DNA of 64,000 nucleotides, taken from NCBI RefSeq assembly GCF_018977255.1, contig NW_024704742.1, positions 69,070,001-69,134,000 on the forward strand. Reading direction: 5' to 3'. Positions within the stretch are counted from its first letter, which is position 1; each line of letters begins with the position of its first letter. The translations under genes and the position numbers were made by a program. Positions 14,000 through 25,325 of this stretch are shown here, in pieces. The stretch is from Callorhinchus milii. Its lineage: Eukaryota. Below the pieces are notes generated by a model, which made no database searches, was not told where the DNA came from, and saw only the letters and a program-made list of their open reading frames with translations.

Positions 14000-16284
14000 C
14001 TCAATACAGGAGAGTACCTTAAAACTCTTCCTGTATTCATATTTGTATTGCAACAGCCGTCTACAACTTCCACCTACTAACCTACTGGAATTCCGGTAGA
14101 TAATTTAACTGATGGATGATGATTTTGATAGAATTTACAGAAGATCTTTGGTTAAGTTCTCCAGGTGGGTCTGTTACACTACGACTCAGGGGTTCTCCTG
14201 CAGAATCGAGAATTGGCTTCACAACAGGAGACCTGCGTGGGAGACGATAACAAGTGGAGTGGTTCAAGAAGAGTTTTTGTGGTATTGCTTAAGAGCCCAG
14301 AAGCTGTGAAACTGTGAGAAACTGGGCATGACTACTTATATGGGAAAAGGGAAGGTAAATGGGACTAAAAAGATTGCTCTCAAATGAGTTTTCACCCATT
14401 CCTTATCCCCTCCCCTACTTTGCTATTCCCCTCTCCCTCATGTGAAGGTCTTGCTTCCTATTGAAAGCATCTACATTAGCTGATTCAACCACTGCTTCGG
14501 ACAGTGAGTTCCACAATCTAACGACTCTGCATGAAGTAGTTCCTTCTAAATTCTCTTGGTGTCACCCGGTTATAGATCCCCAACCAGTGGAAACAGTCCA
14601 TTTATATTGACCTTATTGATTAACCTAATCAAACCCGTTCTGTAGTTCTACAGTTCTAAGAATGGATTCGAATAATTATTAAAGGAAAATAAGTTGAGGA
14701 ACACTTTATTGATTCGTCACGACATCTCAAAGTGCTTCACAGGATTTTCCTGTAATGTGTAGTGTAATCTGCAGTCAATTTGTGCACCCCAATGTCTCCA
14801 CAAACAGCCATGAAATGAATGATCAATTTTTATTTGCAAGCATTGTTGGGCAGAAACTCTCTTCCCTTTCTGAATAGTGCTATGATATCTATAACGTCCA
14901 CCTGAACAGGTAGACGGGACCTCGGTTTAATGTCTCATCCAAAAGCTGGAGATGTGGAGCTGGAATGTTGACAATGGAGACGAATGGAATAGATGCAATG
15001 TAAGCAGGACTGCTGGTTTTTAAAGTTAATGTTGAAAGTTTATCTTGTAACCCTTCAGTAATCAGTTACTAGCTTGTAACTCGGGTGCGTCAAAGGTCAG
15101 TTTTAGATTAGGGGTTGATCGGGGCAGGGAAGAAACTCCACTCAGCAGAATTGTTGTGAATTCAATAAACATTCTGTGTTGCTGAACAGAAGACAACAAC
15201 TGCATTTGGGGGATTTTGGTATTGAGGTGGAATGTGCACTGTTCTTCCCGTGTTTGTAAGTGAAACAATTTCTCCTGGTGTCCTGGCCGACAATCTCCCA
15301 ATTAAAAATTGGTCACTCACTCCAAGGTGTTGCCTGATGCCAGTTGCTCCTCATTATACTAATTATGCACTTTAGGATGGTCATCCCATGAGAAAGGCAC
15401 TAATAAGCACAAGTTGTGTTACAAAGCATTTTTTAAAAAAAATGTAAAGTTCTCCTTAATCAGCACGGCTTATTATAACATTAAAACTTCTCAGTTAATT
15501 ACAATACAAATTTACACTTATATAGCACCTGAGGACGTCCCAAGATACTTACCAATTGTCTACAAATCCCTTCACGTCCTGGTACCTCCCTACCTTTCCG
15601 ATCTACTTTCTCCCCCACTCCACTACCCGCTGCCCCCACTCGGTTGGCTCTGACCTCCTACTTGTCCCTCGTTCTCTCCGCTTGACCATCAGCAGCTGTG
15701 CTTTCAGCCACTATTTCCTGAAGCTTGGAATTCTGTCTTTCCCCTTTTTTTAGCATGAAGACTTTCCTCTTCGACTGTGCTTACGGTCACCTCCTCCTTC
15801 CCCTCGGCACCAGACTCCACCACTGTTAAGCGCTCTGAGACTCTATCTCGGGTGAAGGGTGCTATATAAATGAAAGTTGTTGCTGTTGTTAACAATACCG
15901 GCTTAGCACCCAAACTGAGGGTCTAAAGGGTTATGAGGGGAAAGCTGACTGAAGCGTGATCTAAGAGGTAGGATTTGAGATGGACTTTGGACAAGGTGAG
16001 GGAGGGAATCAGAAAGACTCCAGGACAGAGTATCAGAAAGATGGGCAGATAGGGTGAAAGTCTGTCCAGTGATGGTGAGGCCTGAAGCAGGCCAGTGCCC
16101 ACTGAGCGAAAGGATCAACCGGGTTTGTAATACAGTCACTGCAGTAATTGTGTGTTTGTAGGCAAACACTGAGCCAATTTTGTACATTTCGAGTCTTCCA
16201 GCCACAAACAGGAGTTAGTCAGCAGCACGCTTGCCTCCGAGTCAGAGGCTTGCGGGTGCACAACAAGACTTTGAGCTCATCGGC

Positions 16285-16730
16285 CAGACTGCTCATTCTT
16301 CCTTCCAAAATGCATCACTTCGCATTTCTTCACATTAAACGTTATCTGCCACGTGTTTGCCCATTTCACCAGTCTGTCTCTGTCCTCTTGCAGTCTGATA
16401 CTATCCTCCTCACTGCTTACTATTTTACGTAGCTTAGTATCATCCGCAAACTTGGAAATTGTACCCCCTATATCCAAGTCCAGGTCATTTATATAGATCA
16501 AAAGCAGCAGTGGCCCCATACCGACCCCTGGGGGACATCACTGCACACTTGCCTCCAGTTAGAAAAACAACCATTCACCACCACTCTCTGCTTTCTGTCT
16601 CCCAGCAAGTTCTGTATCCGCTGCCACTGTCCCTTTAATATCGTGGGCTTCTATTTTGCTTACAAGTCTCTTATGTGGCACTTTATCAAACCCCTTTTGA
16701 AAATCCATATAAACTACGTCAACTGCACTG
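16285..16730 (-). mobile_element. CR1-type LINE RT fragment
   Basis: VDVVYMDFQKGFDKVPHKRL, IYINDLD, SKFADDTKL and FNVKKCEVMHFGRKN motifs. Confidence 0.9.
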
Positions 16731-17937
16731 CCTGCCATGTCTTCAGCCACCCTCCTACCCTCCACCCTCGCTGATCCCAACTACCCCCCCCTTCCCCTCC
16801 CCCAGACATCACCTGGGTCAATAGAAAAGTGCATCCGGACGTTTCCCGCAGAATCCACTACAAACAACCCCTTCTGCTACAAACCTGTACACACTGGGCG
16901 CTAGGCCCTGGGCCTTTGCGCACTGTTTGCTTGACTCTGCTACTGTGTGTGGAGCGGCTCCGGTCGTGCATGTGCGGTACGGGGAGTGTTGGGATTGCGG
17001 AAGGGGCGCGAGTGTGACATCAGCTTTGCTCGGCACTCGACCTAAACTAAGCTCCTGCGACCAATTCTTGGTAAATGCTGTACTATTCAAATTAACGCTT
17101 TTAGTATTTTTAACATTACTACATTTTCAGGAAATGTATGCCTCTAGTTTTAATCTGGGTTGTTTCACACAACGTGCCTCTCAATGGCACCAATCAGCCC
17201 TCCGAAAATTTCCATAAGATTTGGTAAATGCCCCGCATTTCTGGGCAAATAATTCCACACTTTTCTATCACATCACAATTTTAATTTGTGCTTTTAAAAT
17301 AAATTTAAAATCCCTCAATCACAACACTGGACTTCTGTCTAAAATTACGACAACAGTTTACTAGCATTCCCTTGAGAAAGGATGGAGAGAGGGAGAGAAT
17401 GGGTAGGGTCGGGACAAAAAGAAGCTTCTTTCTCTCATCCCCCCTCAAAACACGGTGGTTTGGATATTCTTAAGAATGATGAGTTTCCGCATGCGTCAGA
17501 TGCCCGGCTGACCAAAAAGAAACACATCTCAGTGTTTTTCCACCGACAGCATTGCGACAACAGCCAGTGTTGAAACGAAGCGATTTTATTTAAAGCAGGG
17601 GCTTACTGCTGGAGACGAATAACAGCTGTGGGTGTGGGAGGGAGGGAGAATGGGGGAGTTAAGTAAATGTGAGCATTGCCCCTTTCCTTTGCAACACAAG
17701 CTCGATAGCTTTCAGTGAGGAGGTCACCTTGGAATGCTGCAGTCAGGACTGATAAACGTGGCTCTCCAGGGCTCAATGTTCTGGCGTCAGAAGAATGTCG
17801 TACTGCAAAGGCCTCACGGTTCTCCCTTCCCCCCATATGTGTGTACACACACATACCCTCTCCTTCACACCCCCTCCACACACATCCCTCCCCTACCTCT
17901 CGCCCCCATACAAACCCCTCCCCTTCTCAACCCAACG

Positions 17938-18365
17938 TGTGACAGCCTTGCGCAGTGGTCACACTCAGAAGGTTGCGGGTTCAAGCCTCACGTCACAACT
18001 TGGAATCACACAGTCTAAGATTACACCCCTATGCAGTGCTGTGGGTGCGCTGCATTATCGGAGGTGCCGTCCTTCAGATGAGAAGTTAAACCGAGGTCTC
18101 GTCTGCCTTTACAGGTAGACGTTAAGTATCCCATGGCACTGTTCGAACCGAGAAGGGAGTTTCTCCCAGTATCCTGGCCAACAATCCCCTAAATAAAATT
18201 GGTTACTTACTCCATGGCTATTTGTGGGGTATTGCTGTGCATAATTCACTGCCACATTTCACCCACAAAATACACAGTCAATCCACTATACTGTATATCG
18301 TGTGAAGTGCTTTGAGACATCTCAACAACGTGTTAAGGTGCTCTATCAAAGTCAAGGATTATCAT
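17938..18365 (+). mobile_element. Deu-domain SINE (SacSINE1/AmnSINE1-like); similar copies at about 39627-40030, 45390-45660, 51840-52050, 60150-60450 and 9470-9850 (minus)
   Basis: tRNA-like head (TCAGAAGGTTGCGGGTTCAAGCC) followed by GGAGGTGCCGTCCTTCAGATGAGAAGTTAAACCGAGG...GACGTTAA...CCCATGGCACT, recognised from memory as the Deu domain. Confidence 0.7.
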
Positions 18366-19053
18366 AATTATTAACCACCAAATTGACTGCAGCATTCACC
18401 TATAAACACAAAGTCACTACACTTTACAGCAAAATCCTATAAAACGCTTTGAGACATCTTCCTGATAGGGAATTGCTGTATCAAATGGATTAGGATTATT
18501 AATAGTATTAGTATCTGCTGTTGTATTCAGTCCCTATTTCTGTACTGGCCTTCATCTGAAATACAATGCCTTCCCAAACTACTTGTATGTTTTTCAGTCA
18601 GTGGAGGGGATGATCATTGCACTGCAGGAGAGACGAATGAGCGGATTTGTGAAAGATCATCCCGCTCAGCCAAAATAGAGGGATAACTGAATCCCACCTG
18701 GATAATCATAAGATTTTAACCTCAAAAGCAATCTTAATCTGTGAAAAGCCTTGCCACAAGCAATGAATCCTTGTGGTGAAAATAATTAAACAGTATAGGG
18801 GAAAGAGCAGGAGAATTAAACATGAAATAGGGGAATGCGATGAGAGAAAATATCTCCAACGAGGGAGCTAACACTATCATAGCACAATGAAGAACGAACA
18901 AAGAATGGGATTAGGAAAGATCAGGTTCCTACTTACTGCTAGGTAAACAGAGGCCTCGGAGTAAAGAGACTTGCCTAAAGTTTCGTCCTGCAGTGGAAAC
19001 GAACCTGGATCTTTTTGCTTGCAAGGCGAGTTCTCGAACAACTACATTACATT

Positions 19054-19372
19054 GTGGAGTCCTGTAGCTCAGTGGTTAGAGCACTCGCTTTGCAAGTGAG
19101 AGACCTGAGTTCAATTCCAGGCAGAGGGCGAAACCTTGGGCAAGTTTCCTTACTCCACACATCTAATAATAATCCCTCCAAAACCCAAACAATAATAAAT
19201 TGTTCATTTTCAATCTACGACTGTTTGTGGGACATTGCTGTGCGCAATTGGCTGCCGCGTTCGCCCACAAATATACAGTCAATTCACTTTACAGTGTGTT
19301 CTGTGAAGCACTTTGGGACGTCCTCCCGACGTGAAAAGCGCTATATCAAATGCAAGGATTATTATTATTATT
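19054..19372 (+). mobile_element. Young tRNA-derived SINE, full length
   Basis: Same consensus as the other young copies. Confidence 0.92.
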
Positions 19373-20730
19373 TACGGGACTTCTAAACTCTCCCCTTCAT
19401 TTGGCTTAAAGCAAAAACAATGAAACTGCAATGCCCTTTCAGCGCTCACTACAGCTTAACTTCTGTGGCAAATTGAGTTTATTTTCGCTCAGTGTAAGTA
19501 AATTGAATTTGAACTGGCAGGAGAAGGGGGGGAATCACCTTCACCTTCTTTTAACTGACTCCCCATATTCTAGACATTCAAGATGCGTCTCTCCTCTCAG
19601 TCACCCGTAAGGCAATTTCATCTCAAATGGGCTATCGTTTCTGACTTTGACTAACACAAAAAATTCATTGAAAGATCCAAAGTTTGGAAGACACATTTTT
19701 GCTTGTATTAAAACTTAATGAGCTATATCATTTTGTTGCTCCAGGTTAACATGTATCAGGCATTAGGTAACATGTGGGGTAATATTAAGAGACAAGTCTT
19801 GTGTAGGCAGAGATTCAACAAGTCAAGAAGAATGGGTTTGCAAAAAGGACAACTTACAAATTTGTCCTTTTGGAGTGAAATCACCACATTCCAAAAATTT
19901 TTTTAAGGCCAATAGGACAGAGAGCTAAAAAGGACATGGCATAAAGCCTCAGAACCACACATATGAAGCTTGCAGTTGCCCATATCAGTTACTACAAGAA
20001 ACCTTTCAAACTCGACACAACAAAAAACAATAATAAAATTGGTCACTTTAATCTACGACTGTTTGTGGGACACTGCTGGGCGTAATTGGCTGCTGTGTCT
20101 TGTCCACAAATATGCAGTCAACAACAACAATTTGCATTTATACAGCGCCCTCCATGCCGGCCAGCATCTCAGAGCGCTTAACAATGGCGGAGCCCAAGGC
20201 CAAGCCGGGGGAGGGGGAAGGTGACCATAGGCACAGTCGAAGAGGAAGGTCTTCAGGGACGAACTGGAGATGGGGAAGGAAGGGGCAAAGCGAAGGGTTT
20301 GAGAGAGGAAGTTTCAAAATTTCGGGGCGTAGTGGCTGAAGGTACGGCCGCCGATGGCGGAGCGGAGGATTCAGGGGACACTGTGGAACCCGGAACCAGT
20401 AGAGTGGAAGCAGCGGGTACTGCTGTGGGGAAAGAGGAGGTTAGAGAGATAGGGGGGTGCCAAGAAATGGAGGGATTTGAACACTAGAGTGAGGATCTTG
20501 AAGTCTATCCACTCTGTGACCGGGAGCCAGTGGAGTTTGGCAAGGGCTGGGGTAATCGGGATGTGGAGTTTAGTGCGGGTAAGAATGGGGACGGTGGAGT
20601 TTTGAATGAGCTGAATTTTGTGAATAGTGGAGGAGGGGAGACGGGCGAGGAGGGTGTTAGAGCAGTCCAGCTGAGAGGTGACAAAGGCGTGGAAAAGGGT
20701 TTCAGCAGCTTTTGGTGTGAGATATTGTCA

Positions 20731-21050
20731 GAGTCCTGTAGCTCAGTGGTTAGAGCACTCGCTTTGCAAGTGAGAGACCTGAGTTCAATTCCAGGCAGAG
20801 GGCGAAACCTTGGGCAAGTTTCCTTACTCCACACAGAGCCTAATAATAATCCCTCCAAAACCCAAAACAATAATAAATTGGTCATTTTCAGTCCACGACT
20901 GTTTGTGGGACATTGCTGTGCGCAATTGGCTGCTGCGTTCGCCCACAAATATAGTAAATTTACTTTACAGTGTGTTCTGTGAAGCGCTTTGGGACGGCCT
21001 CCCGACGTGAAAAGCGCTATATCAAATGCAAGGATTATTATTATTATTAT
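20731..21050 (+). mobile_element. Young SINE nested in an L2 fragment (about 20120-21150, minus strand)
   Basis: L2 sequence is present on both flanks. Confidence 0.9.
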
Positions 21051-21234
21051 AGAGACGGGCAATGTGGTGGAGATGGAACAAAGCGATGCTGGTCAGCGAC
21101 CAGATGTGGGGGAGGAAGGATAACTGGGGATTCAACCTGACATCTAAGTTCTGCACAGATTCAGAGAGTTTTCTGTCTGTCCCTCTCTCTCTCTCACTCT
21201 CTCTATGTCTGTCTGTCTGTCTGCCGGTCTTTTA

Positions 21235-24200
21235 TGAGTGTTGGTGTGTGTGTGTTGGTGTGTGTTGGGGGGGGGGTTGGTGTGTGTTGGTGTGTGTTGG
21301 TGTGTGTTGGGGGGGGGTGGTGTGTGTTGGGGGTGTTGGGGGGGTTGGTGTGTGTTGGGGGGGTTGGTGCGTGTTGGGGGGGGTTGGTGCGTGTTGGTGC
21401 GTGTTGGTGTGTGTTGGTGTGTGTTGGGGGGGGTTGGTGTGTGTTGGTGTGTGTTGGGGGGGGGTTGGTGCGTGTTGGTGTGTGTTGGTGTGTGTTGGGG
21501 GTTGGGGGGGTTGCTGTGTGTTGGGGGGTTGGTGCGTGTTGGTGTGTGTTGGTGTGTGTGGTGTGTGTTGGGGGGGGTTGGTGTGTGTTGGGTGTGTGTG
21601 GTGTGTGTTGGGGGGGGTTGGTGCGTGTTGGTGTGTGTTGGTGTGTGTTGGTGTGTGTTGGGGGGGTGGTGTGTGTTGGTGTGTGTTGGGGGGGTTGGTG
21701 TGTGTTGGGGGGTTGGGTGTGTTGGGGGGGTTGGTGTGTGTCGGGGGGGTTGGTGTGTGTCGGGGGGGTTGGTGTGTGTTGGGGTGTGTTGGGGTGTGTT
21801 GGGGTGTGTTGGTGTGTGTTGGGGTGTGTTGGGGTGTGTTGGGGTGTGTTGGTGTGTGTTGGGGGGTTGGTGTGTGTTGGGGTGTGTTGGGGTGTGTTGG
21901 TGTGTGTTGGGGTGTGTTGGTGTGTGTTGGGGGGGTTGGTGTGTGTTGGGGGGGTGGTGTGTGTGGGGGGGGTTGGGGTGTGTTGGGGTGTGTTGGGGTG
22001 TGTTGGGGTGTGTTGGGGTGTGTTGGGGTGTGTTGGTGTGTGTTGGTGTGTGTTGGGGGGGTTGGTGTGTGTTGGGGGGGGTTGGTGTGTGTTGGGGGGG
22101 TTGGTGTGTGTTGGGGGGGTTGGGTGTGTTGGTGTGTGTTGGGGGGGTTGGTGTGTGTTGGGGGGTTGGTGTGTGTTGGGGGGTTGGTGTGTGTTGGTGT
22201 GTGTTGGTGTGTGTGTGTGTGTGTGTGGGTGAGTTGGTGTGTGTTGGTGTGTGTTGGGGGGGGGTTGGTGTGTGTTGGGGGGGTTGGTGTGTGTTGGGGG
22301 GGTTGGTGTGTGTTGGTGTGTGTTGGGGGGTTGGTGTGTGTTGGGGGTTGGTGTGTGTTGGGGGGGTTGGTGTGTGTTGGTGTGTGTTGGGGGGTTGGTG
22401 TGTGTTGGGGGGGGTTGGTGTGTGTTGGGGGGTTGGTGTGTGTTGGTGTGTGTTGGTGTGTGTGTGTGTGTGGGTGAGTATGTGTGTGTGTTGGTGTGTG
22501 TTGGGGGGGGTTGGTGTGTGTTGGTGTGTGTGTGAGTGTGTGTGTGTGTGTGTTGGTGTGTGTTGGTGTGTGTTGGGGGGGTTGGTGTGTGTTGGGGGGG
22601 TTGGTGTGTGTTGGGGGGGGTTGGTGTGTGTTGGGGGGTTGGTGTGTGTTGGTGTGTGTGTGTGTGTGTTGGTGTGTGTTGGGGGGTTGGTGTGTGTGGT
22701 GTGTGTGTGTGTGTTGGTGTGTGTTGGGGGGGTTGTGTGTGTGTGTTGGTGTGTGTGTGTGTGTTGGTGTGTGTGGGGGGGGTTGGTGTGTGTTGGGGTG
22801 GTGTGTGTTGGGGTGGTGTGTGTTGGTGTGTGTGTGTGTGTGTTGGTGTGTGTTGGGGGGGTTGGTGTGTGTTGGTGTGTGTGGGTGAGTGAGTGTGTGT
22901 GTGTGTGTGGGGGGGTGTAATCTGGAGGGGGGCAGAGCCCGCGGCCTATAGAGGTGAGGCTTGTATGCGGGTTATTAACAAATGAAGCGGTGGTGGTGGT
23001 GTGTGTGGGGGTGTGTGTGGGGGGTGTGGGGGCGCTGCTCCCCGGGGTGTGTGTGTGGGGGGGGGGGCAGGTGGGGGCGCTGCTCCCCGGGGTGTGGGGG
23101 TGTGTGTGTGTGGGGGGGTGTGGGGGCGCTGCTCCCCGGGTGTGGGGTGTGTGTGGGGGGGTGTGGGGGCGCTGCTCCCCGGGGTGTGGGGGTGTGTGTG
23201 GTGTGTGTGTGTGTGGGGGGTGTGGGGGCGCTGCCCCGGGGTGTGGGGTGTGTGGGTGTGTGTGTGTGGTGTGGGGGGGGTGGGGGCGCTGCTCCCCGGG
23301 GTGTGGGGGTGTGTGTGGGTGTGTGTGTGTGTGTGGGGTGTGTGGGGGTGTGTGTGGGGGTGTGTGGGCGCTGCTCCCTGGGGTGTGTGTGTGGTGTGGG
23401 GTGTGGGGCGCTGCTCCCCGGGGTGTGGGTGTGTTGTGTGTGGGGGGTGGGGGCAGTGTGTGGGCGCTGCTCCCCGGGTGTGTGTGTTGGGGGGGGGTGT
23501 GTGGTGTGTGTGGGGGTTGGTGTGTGTGGGGGATGGTTGGTGTGTGTTGGGGGGGTTGGTGTGTGGAAGGGTTGGGGTGTGTGTGGGGGTTGGTGTGTGT
23601 TGGGGTGTGTTGGGTGTGTTGGGGTGTGTTGTGTGTTGGGTGTGTTGGGGGGGGTTGTGTTGGGTGTGTTGGGGTGGTTGGTGTGTGTTGGAGGTGTGTT
23701 GGTGTGTTGGTGTGTGGGGTGTGTTGGTGTGTGTTGGGGGGGTTGGTGTGTGTTGGGGGGTTGGGTGTGTGTTGGGGGGTTGGGTGTGTTGGGGTGTGTT
23801 GGGTGTGTTGGGGTGTGTTGGGGGGGTTGGTGTGTGTTGGTGTGTGTTGGGGGGTTTGGTGTGTGTTGGGGGGTGGTGGTGTTGGGGGGGTTGGTGTGTG
23901 TTGGGGGGTTGGTGTGTGTTGGTGTGTGTTGGGGGGGTTGGTGTGTGTTGGGGGGTTGGTGTGTGTTGGGGGGTTGGTGTGTGTTGGTGTGTGTTGGTGT
24001 GTGTGTGTGTGTGTGTGGGTGAGTATGTGTGTGTGTTGGTGTGTGTTGGGGGGGGGTTGGTGGTGTGTTGGGGGGTTGGTGTGTGTTGGGGGGGTTGGTG
24101 TGTGTTGGTGTGTGTTGGGGGGTTGGTGTGTGTTGGGGGTTGGTGTGTGTTGGGGGGTGGTGTGTGTTGGTGTGTGTTGGGGGGTTGGTGTTGTGTGGGG

Positions 24201-24965
24201 GGTTGGTGTGTGTTGGGGGGGTTGGTGTGTGTTGGTGTGTGTTGGTGTGTGTGTGTGTGTTGTGGGTGGTTGTGTGTGTGTGTTGGTGTGTGTTGGGGGG
24301 GTTGGTGTGTGTTGGGTGTGTGTGGTGTGTGTGTGTGTGTGTTGGTGTGTGTTGGTGTGTGTTGGGGGGTGTGGTGTTGGGGGGGTTGGTGTGTGTTGGG
24401 GGGTTGGTGTGTGTTGGGGGGTTGGTGTGTGTTGGTGTGTGTGTGGTGTGTTGTGTGTGTGTTGGGGGTGGGTGTGTGTTGTGTGTGGTGTGTGTTGGTG
24501 TGTGTTGGGGGGGGTTGGTGTGTGTTGGTGTGTGTGTGTGTGTGTTGGTGTGTGTTGGTTGGTGTGTTGGGGGGTTGGTGTGTGTTGGGGGTGGTTGGTG
24601 TGTGTGGTTGTTGGTGTGTGTGTGTGTGTGTTGGTGTGTGTTGGGGGGTTGGTGTGTGTGGGTGTTGTGGGTGAGTGAGTGTGTGTGTGTGTGGGGGGGT
24701 GTAATCTGGAGGGGGCAGAGCCCGCGGCCTATAGAGGTGAGGCTTGTATGCGGGTTATTAACAAATGAAGCGGTGGTGGTGGTGTGTGTGTGGGGGTGTG
24801 TGTGGGGGGGTGTGGGGGCGCTGCTCCCCGGGGTGTGTGTGTGGGTGTGGGGGGGCAGTGTGGGGGCGCTGCTCCCCGGGGTGTGTGTGTGTGGGGGGGG
24901 GTGTGTGGGCGCTGCTCCCCGGGGTGTGGGTGTGTGTGTGTGTGGGGGTGGGGGGGCAGTGTGGG
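21235..24965. repeat. About 3.7 kb of GT/G-run tandem repeat (GTGTGTGTTG(G)n units) at the start of SUCLG1 intron 1, with GGGGGCGCTGCTCCCCGGGG sub-arrays
   Basis: Visible directly in the sequence. It is the source of the V/C/G/W-rich spurious ORFs. Confidence 0.97.
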
Positions 24966-24976
24966 GCAGTACTCAC

Positions 24977-25007
24977 GGAGGAGGCGGCTCAGCAGCAGCA
25001 GCGACAT
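24977..25007 (-). CDS. SUCLG1: Succinyl-CoA ligase alpha subunit, coding exon 1 (MSLLLLSRLL+C, start of a mitochondrial-type presequence)
   Basis: ATG at 25007 in a CpG-rich segment, with a consensus donor C|GTGAGT in phase 1. It joins exon 2 in frame to give [22 protein letters not shown], which resembles human ...RLLSRSFLLPQNGIRHCSY. Confidence 0.85.
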
Positions 25008-25325
25008 CCTCACCCCCTCAGCGCCGCTCCCAATGACAGCGCCAGGACCCCGGCAAGACAGGGCGCCCCACCCCCGCCTGACACACTCACACACACACCC
25101 ACGCCGACCCAATCAGTCATACGCCGGTTAATCTTGTAACGAAAAGATTAGATTAAGGTCGGTCTATGTTTCAATCAAAGAAAAAAAAACCCCGCTCCAG
25201 GCTTTGGGTTGTTTATCTGGCTTTATTTGTGGACAAAATGAGGTGAGGGGGGGGGGCGGTCCTGTCCTGCCCGCGCTGGCTGCTGGGAGATGTAGTTCCT
25301 TGTCCTCTTCCCCTCCCATTGGCGA
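25008..25325 (-). promoter_or_regulatory. SUCLG1 promoter/5' UTR with CCAAT boxes, a GC box and a ZNF143/THAP11-type (SBS) motif
   Basis: CpG-rich. CCAAT at about 25030 and 25109, ATTGG at about 25318, GGGGCGG at about 25253. AACTACATCTCCCAGCA on the minus strand at 25281-25297. Confidence 0.7.

Noticed and set aside
19054..19130. tRNA-Ala-like sequences (also at 13673, 20731, 41377 and elsewhere)
   Set aside because: These are SINE heads. The acceptor stem is not properly closed and each continues into the SINE body.
22917..24930. Repeat-spacer pattern superficially like a CRISPR array
   Set aside because: The spacers are GT microsatellite of variable length, the locus is an intron of a spliced vertebrate gene, and there are no cas genes.
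21062..25036. Long V/C/G/W-rich ORFs (up to 574 aa)
   Set aside because: These are translations of the GT/G tandem repeat. Several frames are open simply because the repeat lacks stop codons.
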